From the NCBI GenBank assembly GCA_010093745.1, contig MU006029.1, positions 1-58,931 of the forward strand: a stretch of 58,931 bases of DNA. Direction: 5' to 3'. The notes below the pieces were generated by a model. The model was given only the letters and a program-made list of their open reading frames with translations. It was not told the DNA's origin and made no database searches. The position numbers were made by a program, and so were the translations under genes. This DNA is from Piedraia hortae CBS 480.64. Lineage: Eukaryota. This document shows, in pieces, positions 35,515 to 48,300 of this stretch (its first letter is position 1; every line of letters begins with the position of its first letter).

Positions 35515-36420
35515 CTAGCTGGCCTGCCAGCCATTATCGGCAGCGATGCAAGCTCCGTTGACTATTTCAGACTCTTCGCTGCAGAGGTAAGACACCAGCT
35601 TGGCTACCTTTTCAGTTTCTACAAAGATGGCGCTTTCGTCCGGGTCTGATGGTCAGCTGGGCTGGTAGAATTGGATCTGCAAAACTTACAGGCTTTCACC
35701 ATTGCCTTGCGGCCGTCCACATTTATGCCGTTGGCCAAGTGTGCTGCAATGTTTGTTTTCATGCCGCCTGATATCGTTAAATTGAAACTTGTCAAGAAGA
35801 ATTACTCACCAGCCATAATTGCATTACATCTGATGCCCTTTTCACCGTAGAAGTAGCCCGTGTTCTTGGTCAATCCAAGCAGGCCGTGCTTGCTAACCGT
35901 ATACGCAGCTCCTAGCCAGAGTTAGCCTACAACTCACGAAAGACTACTTAAATATCGAACCAGCACAAAAGCCTCGAACGGCAGCAATGGAAGAGATGTT
36001 CACAATCGAACCCTTGACATTGTTCTTCAACATGGAATTCACCGCCGCCTTTGTAATCATCGCCGGCGCAGTTAGATTAACAGCAATGATACGATCCCAA
36101 AGGTCTCTTTCCAGGTCACCTACGGGATCAAACTTATCCAAAATGCCGGCATTGTTAATGACAAAGTCGATTTTCTTAAAAATGCCTTCTGCGCGGATAA
36201 ACATATCGTCAATGGCATCCTGATGGGTAATGTCACGTTTCAAGACAATTGTCTTGCCCGGGTGCGCCTCGGAGACTTTTTCCCGAAAGTCGTCCGTGGT
36301 TGCTTCGTTCACGTCGCACACGACCACGTTGGCGCCACGTTCTAGGAACATTTCTGCAATGGCCCGTCCGAGGCCGCTACATCCGCCTGTTATAAGAGCT
36401 GTTTTCCCCGTGTGCGACAT
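35515..36420 (-). CDS. Short-chain dehydrogenase/reductase
   Basis: ALITGGCSGLG (TGxxxGxG), VINNAGI, IVNISS, AYTVSKHG (YxxxK) and C-terminal VNGACIAADNGWQAS*. Four exons. Confidence 0.92.
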
Positions 36421-36967
36421 GTTGTGCTGGTACAGAAGGATCCTCGAATGTAGGTGAACAATGGCTTTGTTGGGGCAATGCCGTGCATACCCGACGTTTA
36501 CCACCCCTTTCAAATTGTCCAACATCTCGTATCTCGACATAGCTAATTACAATCCCACTCCATTCAAACCGCAATGAGCCAACACCCTCATTGGTCTCTC
36601 GCTAACGGAAGCACCCGCTTGTTCTTCTTTGACGAAGACAAACCTGATTGGCCCAGATGATTTCACGCCAACGAAAGTACGCGTTCCATTTTTTGCACGC
36701 AGGTTTTCTGTATCATGACGTCACCCATCCACTTGCCCAAACCTCAACCGAGAGGCTCTCGAGCGCATCAGCGAGCGAATGCAAGTACATGGACGTTTTC
36801 TCAGTTCTATAAGATCAATCTTCGATATCGAACTTGTTCCTCTTACGTCGTATCACCAAAACCCTGTGTCAAGCAAGGACACCTTTGATTGGCTCCAAAC
36901 CTCCCCACGCTAACTGCAGTGCACAACAGACGCCCTAACATGGCCGGCTAAACCCGCGCCGACCTTC

Positions 36968-38396
36968 ATGCTCATCCTCAGACGCTACCTCTCAACGCGA
37001 AGCATCCTTACTCCCAACCTCCTAACCCTCCTCTCGGAGAGGGGTCTCATCCACCAATTCGCGGGGTAAGCCTTCCTCTCCATCCCTCTCCAACCAACTA
37101 ACCCTCTAGCGATCGGAATGTTCTGGTATCTGCCCTCCAAAAGCGTAAGGTAGGGTTCTATGCGGGTGTGGATCCTACTGCGCCTTCGCTTCATCTGGGA
37201 CATTTGCTTCCGTTGATGGTGCTGTTTTGGGCGTGGAGTTTGGGACATGATGTTGTGAGTTTGGTTGGGGGGGCGACGGCTAAGGTAGGCGATCCGACGG
37301 GAAGATTGCGTTCGCGTGAGAAGACGAGGGAGGGTGTTAAGAGACATGATGCGGATGCGTTGGGGAGGCAGATGGAGGGGGTTTGGGGACGTGTTGGGCA
37401 GTATGCGGATAGGCATGGGTATGCTGAGAGGGGAAGTTGGAAGTTGTTGAACAATGAGACTTGGTTGGGGGAGCTGAGCGTCATGCGGTATATGCGCATG
37501 TTGGAGAACGTGAGGATTGGGCCTATGTTGGGGAAGGAGACGGTGAGGATGAAGATGGAGAGGGGCGATGGGATGTCGTATCCTGAGTTCTCATACCCGC
37601 TGCTGCAGGCGATTGATTGGTGGCACCTCTTTGAAAGACATGGGGTGCAGGTGCAGGTTGGGGGTGGGGATCAGTATGGGAATATCACTGCCGGGATGCA
37701 TTTGGTTTCGTCGCTTGTTGGGGAGGGTGACATTGGGGACAGGCCGATGGGCCTGACGGTCCCTCTATTGACGACGGCGAGTGGAGATAAGTTTGGGAAG
37801 AGTGCGGGAAATGCGGTCTGGTTGGACGCTGAGATGACATCTCCGTTTGACCTTTACGGGGTGGGTATCTGGATTTATGCCTGTGATTGAGACTAACGGT
37901 GTAATAGTTCCTCGTTGGTTCGTCAGATGAAGACGTGGAGAGATATCTAAAGCTCTTCACCTTCCTTCCCCTCCACGACATCTTTGCTGTTATGGAAAAA
38001 CACAGGGCAGATCCTTCCAAGCGGAGAGCACAACACGTCCTCGCCTCGGAAGTTCTAGAACTCGTTCACGGGTCGGAAACGGCTCTCAAAGCGAGGCAGG
38101 AACACGAAGCTCTGCATAATCCAGCAAAACTAACACAGCAAGAGGGAATATTCCTTCCTGCACAAGTTGTGGAATCTACCTTTCCCCGTCTCCTCCACCG
38201 CGCGGGACTCGCAGCCTCGAAGTCCGAGGCCTCACGATTAATAGCCAGCGGAGGCGCCTACGTCGCGCAGCAAACTGTCGAGCCCGTTAAATTTGTTCCG
38301 ATCGGCAGCGAAGACCAGCCGTCGCAGTTTGTCCATAACAAGACTCTTGTACTGCGGATGGGAAAGTGGAAGACGAGAGTTATTCATTTACATTAA
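36968..38396 (+). CDS. MSY1: Mitochondrial tyrosyl-tRNA synthetase
   Basis: Presequence-like MLILRRYLSTRS, YAGVDPTAPSLHLGH (HIGH), QVGGGDQYGNI, KFGKSAGNAVWL (KMSKS) and an S4-like C-terminus. Two introns. Confidence 0.93.
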
Positions 38397-38445
38397 TCCA
38401 TCTGTACATTATAGTGCATTATCCTAGCTATACACTTAATGATGG

Positions 38446-38821
38446 TCACCCACCCATGTGGACATACCCTCTCATCTCATCAAACTGTCTTCGTCCCGTG
38501 GCGAGTAGGTAGCGGATATGTTCCTAACTTGTCAACTTAATACTCACCGCAGCAGGACATGGGGCCTACCAGGTCTTCAACATCACTATGCCGCTCAATC
38601 TCCCTGCGCGCGAAGGCGCAAAGTTCGCTGCGGTCGGATGGCGGGAGGCCTAGCTGCATTCAGCTTCCCCACGGGTAGGGTGGAAGACGTACGTCTCACG
38701 GTCCGGAGGATTTCGCGATACAGGCTTAGGACTCTGCTCCTTTGGATGAACTTTAGGCATTAGTGAGGCAGGGGCCTGATTAGGGGAGGGATACGTGGTG
38801 GAGGGAGAGGTATTTTGCCAT
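38446..38821 (-). CDS. LYR-motif protein (LYRM2-like, 80 aa), not in the ORF track
   Basis: Four exons (38795-38821, 38693-38750, 38570-38649, 38446-38523), all with GT-AG introns and in frame. Product: MAKYLSLHHFIQRSRVLSLYREILRTVRRLPPSDRSELCAFARREIERHSDVEDLEHIRYLLATGRRQFDEMRGYVHMGG*. Confidence 0.88.
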
Positions 38822-39097
38822 TGTTTACAGCAACCACCGTTTTAACTGGCTGGTTGAAACACACGTACATACAAACCACCACGCTCTTTACGCGTATCAC
38901 CCACGAGACTACGCAGCTCTTTTTCCAAGCCCATCACTTGAAACCCAAGCCCCTAACTTGTCATACCACACTGTTCGAAGGTCACAAGATCTACCACGCT
39001 CTTTGCACCGTATCAAGTCCAAGACTACACATCCCTTTACAACCTTGAAACTCTTACAGTCTGCGAAGCATCCCTGTCCTCCCCCAATCCATAAAGA

Positions 39098-39625
39098 ATG
39101 GAAAATTACATCTCCCCCTCCGGCAGGACCTACACCCTCTCGACCAAACTCCACCCCCACCCCTCCGAACTACATGAGTGTCTAAACCTCATCTCCCTCA
39201 CCAGCAAACACCACTACACGCACAGCAGCATAGGCTGGAGTCCCATCTCGAAGATGTCCGAACTCACACACCCCGAAATGACATTTACCCTCATCCACCT
39301 TGACTCGAAATTCGTCGGATTCGCAAGCTACCTCCCCACAATCGACTCCGACCCGGAGGTCGAGGTACTCTACCTCTACGAAATCCACCTCGTCCCATCC
39401 GTCCGCGGTGAAGGCCTCGGGCGCCTACTAATGCACACCGTCGAATCGCAGGCACGAAAGATGGGGAGAAAAAAGGTAATGCTAACGTGTTTCACCGCCA
39501 ACACCCCCGCGAAGCGGTTCTACGAGAGGAGGGGGTATAGCCCGGATGCGACCTCGCCAGAGGAAAGGGTGTTGAGAGGGAGGAAGGTAGAAGGCGATTA
39601 TCTTATCTTCGCAAAGGACGTTTAG
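39098..39625 (+). CDS. GNAT acetyltransferase, Naa40/Nat4-like
   Basis: HYTHSSIGW, VLYLYEIHL, VRGEGLG (acetyl-CoA motif A) and KVMLTCFTANTPAKRFYERRGY. Confidence 0.8.
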   Translation: MENYISPSGRTYTLSTKLHPHPSELHECLNLISLTSKHHYTHSSIGWSPISKMSELTHPEMTFTLIHLDSKFVGFASYLPTIDSDPEVEVLYLYEIHLVPSVRGEGLGRLLMHTVESQARKMGRKKVMLTCFTANTPAKRFYERRGYSPDATSPEERVLRGRKVEGDYLIFAKDV

Positions 39626-39634
39626 GTTTACGGA

Positions 39635-41599
39635 CTACTTTTTAGTGGATTCGAGTTTGCGTCGCTTGGCGCGCATCTGTGCTGCTTGAGCTTCACGCTT
39701 ATCGCGTGAGTGGGAGGCGCGTTCGTAGAGTTTTTGTTTGCTTCGTGGGAGGAGCATTTTTTGTTTTTTGCGAGTCTCGGCTTCTTCGCGTTCGGCGTGC
39801 AGACGTCGCTTTTTGGCTGCTTCGCGTGCGGATTTTTTGAGCGAGGCTTCGCTTTGGGTTGGGATGTGGAGACCTTGGGCTTCGGCTTCGAGTTCCGCCT
39901 GGTGTGGGTCGATTTCGGGGGCTTCCTCGTCGGAGGAAGAGAAACCTTCGAATTCGCTTGATGCGGCGCTGAGAGAGGCGTCAGCTTCGCCTCCGCCAAG
40001 GGAGACGTTCATGTCGGAGCCGGACGCGGACTTGGCTTCGCCGTTTTCGGGGGAAGCTTCGTCTTCGACGCTGTCTTCAAAGCCACTTCCGACGCTGTCT
40101 CCATCTTCGTCATAGGCTTCTATCTCTCGCGCTGTTTCTTGCTCCGCGAGGGAGATGGTAGGATCATATTCTCCCTTCTTCGGCTTGATCCACGGACTGA
40201 GATGTGCAGGCATCGAAGCCCCAGGGGCGTATTGATCCGCTGGCTGTAGTTCCCCAAAATTGATACTGTCCCAGACCCACTGCGGCTGCACGTAGATTCT
40301 ACCCGGCACACGTCGGTCATTGTCTGTGGGCGGACGATCGACAACCTGATGTGTGACGCGTTCGTCATCTTCAGAGCAAAATGCGCCCGGTTCGCCTAGG
40401 CTGGAGTCCCATCCTACCCGCTTGCACCCAAAGGCTTTCAGCAAAAACTCGAGAGGGTGACGGGGAGTTTCTCGCGAGAGGAAGAAAACAAATGGCTGGA
40501 ATAGGCGGCCAGCGGCGTCAGAAGATACCGGCTGCGGGACATCGTCCGCTTCGGCATCAACCTTTTGGAAACGATCCAGGAGAGTGTCGTAAACCTGGCC
40601 GTCCTCTTCCTTGGATTGCTCCTCTTTGTTTACGTCCTCAGGCTCCTTTATTTCAATCAATTTATCAGCCTCCTCCTGGGCAATGCGGTTTGCATCTGTC
40701 TGCGGAGCTTCATCAGCCATTTCAACATCGTCGTTCCCCTCCAGGCGATAGGCGCCCAGCTCGGCGCCCTGGTCCTCCCGCTTCTGGTCGAACTTGGGCG
40801 GATAGACCAGGCCGATGGAGGTATATAGGCGATAATTGACGAAGCCGAGGAGCTGCGTGTAAAACTCCACAAAGGTAGCCATGATGCGAAAATCCACATC
40901 GGCTGACGCCCGCTGCACGAATCTGTACGGCACAAGCCAGAGGATATCCTGACCCTGAATAGTTGCCTGGTAATAGATGCCCTTGATGGACAAAAACGAC
41001 TTGCGCAGACTGTGCGTCTGTATGAGGTAGTGTTCAAACTCGAGCGTCAGTCGCTGGCACTTGGCCACCGTCTTGGGCGGCACTTGTTCGCTACTGGGGA
41101 GGTTTGCAAACAGGAAAAGCATCGACAGCGCATCATCCAAGTCGCGCAGGGCGTCGACAAAGGTCGGGTAGCGTTCTCTGATGATGTGATCCAGTCGAAT
41201 GCGCGGCCGGTGGTTCCGTTCCAGCCGCACCGCATCGCCGACTTCGTTCCGCCCGAGTGCGTTGGCAACTTTCTTGGCAAGCGTCTTTTGCGCTCGGAAC
41301 TTGTTCAGCAGCGGCTCGTGCAGCAGATATTGGATGTCCTTTGTGTAGTAGTATGTTGTGCTCGGCGTCGACGACTTCGAAACCCGCCGGCGACTGCGCG
41401 GCTCTCTCGGGTAGATTCCCTTGAATATGCTGACTATTAGTTAGCTGGATAACTCCTGTAGTGTAGAGATTTCCCACCATAATCGTCGAAAATCCGGCAA
41501 ACTCAGCTGCAGCTTCCGCACCGCCTGCGAGCGCGTAATGTAGTTTCGCGCTGCGCCCTTCTTCTGCTCTTTCTTCGATCCTTTCTTCGTGCTCGGCAT
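39635..41599 (-). CDS. NOP7: Pescadillo / Nop7 (60S ribosome biogenesis)
   Basis: [66 protein letters not shown] and a BRCT region (YVQPQWVWDSIN). One intron at ~41430-41477. Confidence 0.95.
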
Positions 41600-41722
41600 G
41601 GTGTCAAAATGTGCCTGCAGAACCGGCACTGGAAAAAAGTGCGAACTGCGGTCCAACGGATCTATCCGTGTAGCGGATCTACCCGACGATCAATCCGACA
41701 ACTTCGATCTCATGAAGACGCC

Positions 41723-43088
41723 ATGGACAGCACAGCTGTATTCGCTGCCGCCGCTGTCCTCCGGCTAGCCCTCGCCTTGGCCTTTCCGTATGTGCGGATG
41801 TCTTGGCGGAACCGTCACTGATGCGAATAGAGGCCTTCCAGACCTCTTAACAGGCAGAGTAGAGGTCTCGGTCGCTACAAACTCCTTTAAACGGCTACAA
41901 GAGGGCGTGTTTCTGTACAAGAACGGACTGGATCCGTACGATGGCGGCGTTTTCCACCAGGTTTGTGTACAAAACTTGATAACCGTCTGCTGACGTCCAA
42001 GTCTCCTCTTTTCCTTGCCCTTTTCTCTCTCCTACCGCCATGGACGAGTCTAGTGCTGTATGCTGCCCTGGATCTGGCAATTGCTCACTGTCTTTGCAAG
42101 ATTGCCAAATCCGGAGCGGCCTACTCTTCCCGCCTTTACACATCTCCACGCAAAGATCGAAGCTGGAGCCCCATTTCAGTCGCTGCCGTTTACCTTTTTA
42201 ACCCTCTTACGTTGATGACATGTCTCGCCCGGCCAACTACCGTTTTTACAACCCTCTTCACACTTTATGCCGTTAGTTGCGCTTGCGATGCGCGTCCCTA
42301 TCGCGCAGCATTCTCCTTGGCCGTGGCGAGCTATATCAGTCTGCATCCCCTGCTTCTCGTGCCTCCCGTGGGACTTCTCTGCTATGATCGAGCAAAAAAG
42401 AGACCTGATGCGGTCGTGTTCGGGGCAAAATTCGCCAGTCTACTTACAGGAACCATCATGTTCCTGCTCCTCCTCTCCCGTTGCCTCCTCCCCTCTTGGA
42501 CCTTTCTCGAATCCGTCTACCTTACATCCTTGACGATGCCAGATCTGACGCCAAACCCAGGACTATGGTGGTACTTTTTCATCGAAATGTTCGACGCATT
42601 TCGCAACTTCTTCCTCGGAGTCTTCTGGCTGCACATGTTGTCCTACAGCGTGCCGTTGACCATCAGACTGAAGAAGCAGCCGCTAGCAGCAGTCATACTG
42701 ATGTTAGGCGTCATTGCCGTCTTCCAACCTTATGCCAACATTGCAGATACAGGTGCCTGGCTGAGTTCGCTGACCCTTCTCGGGCATGTTTTTGAGCGTG
42801 AGTGTGAGCCATCCTTATTATATCATACTGACTGTGATAGTTTCCTCTGCGCACAGGTACACCTTCCCCGCTCTGGCGACGCTGCTATATTGCATGTTCC
42901 TTGGCCCAGCCTTTCACCATTTGTGGGTGTATGCAGGGTCAGGTAACGCCAACTTTTTCTACGCCATTACCCTCGTCTGGAGTCTGGATCTGCTGGTCCT
43001 GCTTGCTGATGCAATTTATGCTGTTGTGAGGGACGAGTGGGAGCAGCAGAGACCGGAATGTAAGGGGAAGGAGAGTAGACAGATATGA
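41723..43088 (+). CDS. GAB1: GPI transamidase subunit PIG-U / Gab1 (Cdc91)
   Basis: RVEVSVATNSFKRLQEGVFLY...PYDGGVFHQ, DLTPNPGLWWYFFIEMFDAF and GSGNANFFYAITLVW. Multi-exon. Confidence 0.93.
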
Positions 43089-43682
43089 CCATGCTACATG
43101 TTAACCTCTTCTTCCAGTTTCACCTGCCCGAGAGGATGTCACTTGAAGGGTTGTGGTTAGTCATTGACAACCTATCATCCCCTGAACCTTTACATTCGCC
43201 CGTGTGGTTTCTCTTTCCACCACGCATTCCACCTCACAAGTCCCAGCTTTGAGCCCACATAAACGCACCGAACCTTGAAAGAAATGAACTTCTAGCTAGC
43301 TGGCGATATTATCTTCAGCAAAGCTGTCTGCTGGGTTTGATTGACGGCGAGGTTTGAGATGCTTGAAGCTCGGTTTGTCTCACGTGCAGAAATGTGTAGA
43401 GCGGAGAACCAACGGAGAAAGGGCCCTGCCATGAGACGGTCCTCCTAAAAGGGCGAGAAAAAGCTTCAACATTGCAATTTTTTTCAGAACCTCAGGCAGG
43501 AATGTCAAAGTGCAACACGCCAAGATTTCAGACACCACACAATTTCTCAAAATTGGCAATACACTTACCAGGATACCTATAGTAATCCACAGAGAGCTGG
43601 CACAGCTCACCCGATGGAAAATCAGGTTCATTGGGTTCCCACGTCTCTGTTGAGCGATATTCAGCCAACTGACTCGCCACAA

Positions 43683-43929
43683 TGTTGGAAGATAGTTGTT
43701 GCGTAGCATAGTCGTTCTGAAGATTGAGTTTTTACAAAGTTTTTTTCTTCTACTGTTCAGCAGCGAGCTTATGTGCAAGTAGCTTCTTTTTTCAGACAGT
43801 TTCAAATATCACTCCATTGCCTCACTGTCCTCTTTATTATGCTCTTTGAGCATTTTGCTATACAGGAATTTTCTGTGTATAGTCTTTGTTATCAGGCCGA
43901 GGTATGGCAGTGATACTTCTCAACAACAC
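43683..43929 (-). repeat. Repeat A, inverted copy of 52854-53099
   Basis: About 245 bp aligned by eye with high but imperfect identity; e.g. agtctttgttatcaggccgaggtatggcagtgatacttctcaacaacac is an exact reverse complement. Confidence 0.95.
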
Positions 43930-44328
43930 ACAATTCGTTTGCTGACCGCTGAGTTGGAATGCTCAGACCAAAGGAGAGTGTAGCACGTCTCACGCGCCAG
44001 CTCTGCTGTCAGTTCCAGTACTGCAGTGTCAGCTACGACGCTGCCGAGTGTCCCACACACCCAGAAATTGCCCATCAACTCGCCAACGCCAAGCATATCA
44101 TTGGCCATGTCGACTTCCGAGGCTTCATCGGCTCCCTGCCGCACGAGTTCTGCAATCTGTAAACGAAGGGGCATTATCGATACGGTCGACCGACTTATCA
44201 TAAGAGACAAGGAGGCTCGAGCCGACCCTCATGTCATTGAGCTAGCCCAATTGAGAGCAGTCAGTCTCACCTTGAAACTGGTGATAGTGAGATCTGCCGG
44301 TGCGATGCAGGCATCCTACCTGTTGTTC

Positions 44329-44792
44329 ACATCGGGATACGTGCAGCGTAATTTATCGAGCCTTAGACCGGGCGGTCAACATCCAGCAGCGAACCAGGGT
44401 CAGGAGGTGGAGAAAATTGAGCAAGGAGAACCGGACGCGGAGATCCTAAAGCATGAACGATCGAGGGAACTGGAATTGAAGGTCTTTGAATTGAGAGATA
44501 AACTGGAGGATGAAGTGTAAGGATCTGCTCTTACTGTTTGGGCTAGGCTGATCGTAATAACTTGAACGAGGATCAGATAGATATTCGCTGCAACCAGCTA
44601 CGCAAAAGGCTCCAAAGCGATGTCAGCCAGATTTCCACCAAGGAAACTGAAGATTTGAAAAGTCATCAAGTGCATGAAATAGCTCGGATGAAGAGCGAAG
44701 AGAGCGAGTGATTACCTCGTGCTTTTGGGATCCTTCGTGAACACGGAGAAGGCCAACATTGGAGGACGCAGCAGCGACAGGATCTGAGGTGA
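44329..44792 (+). pseudogene. CWC21: 5'-truncated CWC21 (pre-mRNA splicing factor) pseudogene
   Basis: TSGYVQRNLSSLRP...PDAEILKHERSRELELKVFELRDKLEDE|..DQIDIRCNQLRKRL...LKSHQVHEIARMKSEESE*LPRAFGI. Lacks the N-terminal GLxTPRGSG, has an in-frame TGA at 44709-44711, and the intron acceptor appears as AA instead of AG. Confidence 0.85.
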
Positions 44793-45351
44793 AGGACTAT
44801 ACCGTATGTGTACCGCGTAGAACTTCCGCTTATTATGAGTGGTACATTGAAACAGCGCGGTATTCTCGGAAAGGCACGGTAGATAGAGTTCCTAGAAGTT
44901 CAAGGTCCGTGCGATAATAGTACAAGAACCGTGTATAGAAAACTCTATCGCGCCAGAAGTTACCAGACAAAAACTGTGCGCGTTTAAGACCAAACCCAAA
45001 CCTACAATCTCCTCTCTAGGCCACCTCGACTTATGTCAGTAAGTCGAGCTGATCCAGGGGTGAGTAGGAGGTGTCTCGCTCACGTTACGCAAAGATGTCA
45101 TTCTATAGAATCCCACCACAAAACCTGGCCAGGATCCTGAAAGCTATTGGGTTTTTGGCCAGGGATTGATATTATGTCGCCCTGGTTAGTCCATTTGGGT
45201 TACTGTTGTGAGCGAGTCTCGGCGGCGAACGTCATCCGCTCCAATCACTTGCGCGTCGTCGATTGATTTATGCCTGCACGCCACTTTAACCCCGCCTCAT
45301 TCGACCTCAGCCTCCAGTTTCCTTTTCTCACCACCTTTCACCGTAAAAAAC

Positions 45352-48300
45352 ATGCCAGAGTGGGTGAGACGCTTGAAAGCAAAGGGAAAATCGAATATCC
45401 CACATCAGCAAGCTTCCACTGGAGATGCATCCACCTCCCGGGTTCCAGCTTCCACTGTACAGCCTTCGCTGCCCTTGCCGCAGCACACTCTGTCAGTTCA
45501 GACTTCAGCTCTAGCGCTAGCACCGCGAAACCCCTTTGAAGACAAGGGCAAGTTACTACGCGATGCCCTCGATGATCCCGACACTGAAGATCCCACGTTT
45601 GTTGAGGAGCAACTTGGGCCGAACAGTGATGTTGAGAAAGACGCAGCCAGAGTCGAGACCTTAAGAGGCCAAAACCAAGCTGAAAGGTCCAATCAATGGA
45701 TTGCGAGCATGAAGAAGATCGCTTGTCAAATCATGCAATTTGCGCCAGTAGTTGACGTTGCGACGAATGTCAAACCAGAGGTTCTTAGCCTGCCGTGGGC
45801 CGGCATCCGCTCTCTCTTGATGGTAAGCAGCAGTGCTGTGCAACTGCGACCCTGAATGACCCCATTTCTCTAGGTGGCCCAGAAAACTCAAGAGCAAAGT
45901 GAATCGATCCTGGACGGAATCAAAACGGTGCTGGACACAAGCCACCTGTTGAACGTGTATTTTGACATATACGGCCAGCTTGATGCGACGCCCGCAATTG
46001 GACATCTGTATCTCAACGTCGTTAAGCTCTACGGTCTCAATCTGACTTTCGTGGCCCACGCTCAGCACACATACGACATGAACAAGTTTGAGCGGATGAT
46101 ACAATCTCTGACTGGTCAAGTCATACCAAAGTTCAAGACTGATCATGACAGAATGCTGAGGACGGTTGAATACCATGCAAGAGCTGTCGATCGCGAGGTC
46201 TCGGAGGAGCAGCGGACATGGGTCAATGAAAAGCTCAAGAGGCTGGAGAAGACCCAAGCAGAGATCAATCAAGGAGTTAAAGGCGTTCAGCAAACGCTAA
46301 ATCTTAATGCTCTACAGGTAGCTGCTGGAGCAGCTTATGATTCGATGGACTACAGTGGTGACAACCAGGATGGTGACTTTCAGTTGTGTCTACACGGCAC
46401 CCGAGTCGATATCACAGAGGCCATACAAAAGTGGGCCACCACCAACGATGAGCAAAGGGTATTCTGGCTATCCGGGAAGGCTGGGACGGGTAAATCCACA
46501 ATTGCTCGAACCGTTGCCCACGAATTGGCGAAACAGGGGTATTTGGTGGGCAGCTTCTTTTTTAAGCGCGGCGGCGACAGCAAACTGAGAAAAGCTCAAT
46601 ATCTGTTTCCCACCATTGCCCATCAAATGGCTTATTTCACACCTAGCATCAGCGACAAAATCGCTGACGCCTCTCGCGACTCCCCTCCTGATGAAAATTC
46701 AAAGGCCCTGGAAAAGAAGTTCGAGATGCTCATCCAGGGACCGCTTTCAGGGTATAGCACGGGCTCAGCAACTGATGTCAGGGCGATTGTCATCGATGCA
46801 ATCGATGAGTGCGACGCCAGACGAGCAGTAGGGCAAGCCATGAAACTCTGGCCGAAGCTTAGTTCTCATACCTCTATGAACCTGAGGGTATTCGTAACGA
46901 GTCGGTCGGACAATGAGATCTGGGGCACGCTCGGCCAATTGGAGCCCAAGTATCTCCGGTACGAGAGGCTTGAAGACTGGCAATCGAGTACCATCGAAAA
47001 TGACCTAAGACGGTATTGCGGGAATGAGCTGAAGAAGATTCGTGAGGAGCGCAAGAACAATTTAGTTCCCGATGAATTAGGAGATGAATGGCCTGGCGAA
47101 GACGTCGTTGACAGGCTGGTTCAGATATCTCAGCCACTATTCATCGCGACTTCAACAATCCTTAGGGATGCCAGAAATGATCCAGGACATCTTCAAGAAC
47201 GGGTAAACGGGCTAAAATCTACCGGTACAGATGCGCTGACCGCAATCTATCTGGATATTCTGAACCAAGCTGCTAAGCTCGACATAAAGTGGCCGAATTG
47301 GTTTGGCCAGGTCATCAAGCCATTGGCCGTTCTTCATTCTTCTCTCACCATCTCGGCACTTACGGATCTCTTGGGAGGGAATACCATGGTTGTTGCTAAT
47401 GCTCTCAATCCCTTGAGTTCCGTAATTGAGTTTCCAAGTGGCAAGGAGGTCAAGGCGGGTTCACGGGCTGCGGTACGAGTTTACCACGAATCTTTTCGAG
47501 ACTTCCTCATGGATCCTAGTCTTAAGGATCATCCTGAATTCTGGATTGACCAAGGAGAAGTACATGGCGTGCTCATGAGTAAATGCCTAAATTTGCTCGA
47601 GAAGAAGTTAGTCCATGATGTTTGCAAGCAGAAACATCCTGGAACGGAACGCGAAGATGTGCCCGCCGAGTGTATCGACAGGCATATTCCCGAGTCAGTA
47701 CAGTACGCCTGCCGGTACTGGACCAGCCATGCAATCCATAGCAATGAGGCAATCGAAGATGGCGGACAAGTAGATCTTTTCCTACGCGCATTTCTTCTTT
47801 ATTGGACAGAAGCAATGGCCTGGCTGGGTAAGCTTGGGGAAATGGTAGTATGCCTAAAGCAGCTGCGAAAGGCCATCGACGTATGTATCGCTTCCGTTTC
47901 CGTCTGCCGAAAGTATGCCTAACCTTGCGCAGTCACAATCATCGCCCAGACTACACTCCTTTGTCGCCGATACTCTAAGATGGGTTCCGGCAATCCGAAA
48001 CCTGATCAGCGATACACCGCTTCAGACATATTCCTCAGCACTAGCCTTTGCGCCGAGCAACAGTGTCGTACGAAAGAGCTTCAGAAGTGACATGGAAGAT
48101 TTCTTGCAAGTTTGGCTGCCAGTCGCGACTGATTGGGGCTTTGAGTTGCAAACCCTGAGGGGGCATAGTCATTTTATACTGTCGATAACGCCTTCAATCG
48201 ACGGGAGACGGCTTGTCACCGTTGGCAGGGACAACACAGTGCGACTATGGGATGTTGAAAGCGGCACCGAAGAAAAACGTACGGAAATTGGAAGGTCATA

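Noticed and set aside
36940..36951. Three-codon uORF (Met-Ala-Gly) before the TyrRS ATG
   Set aside because: May lie upstream of the transcription start. No evidence of function.
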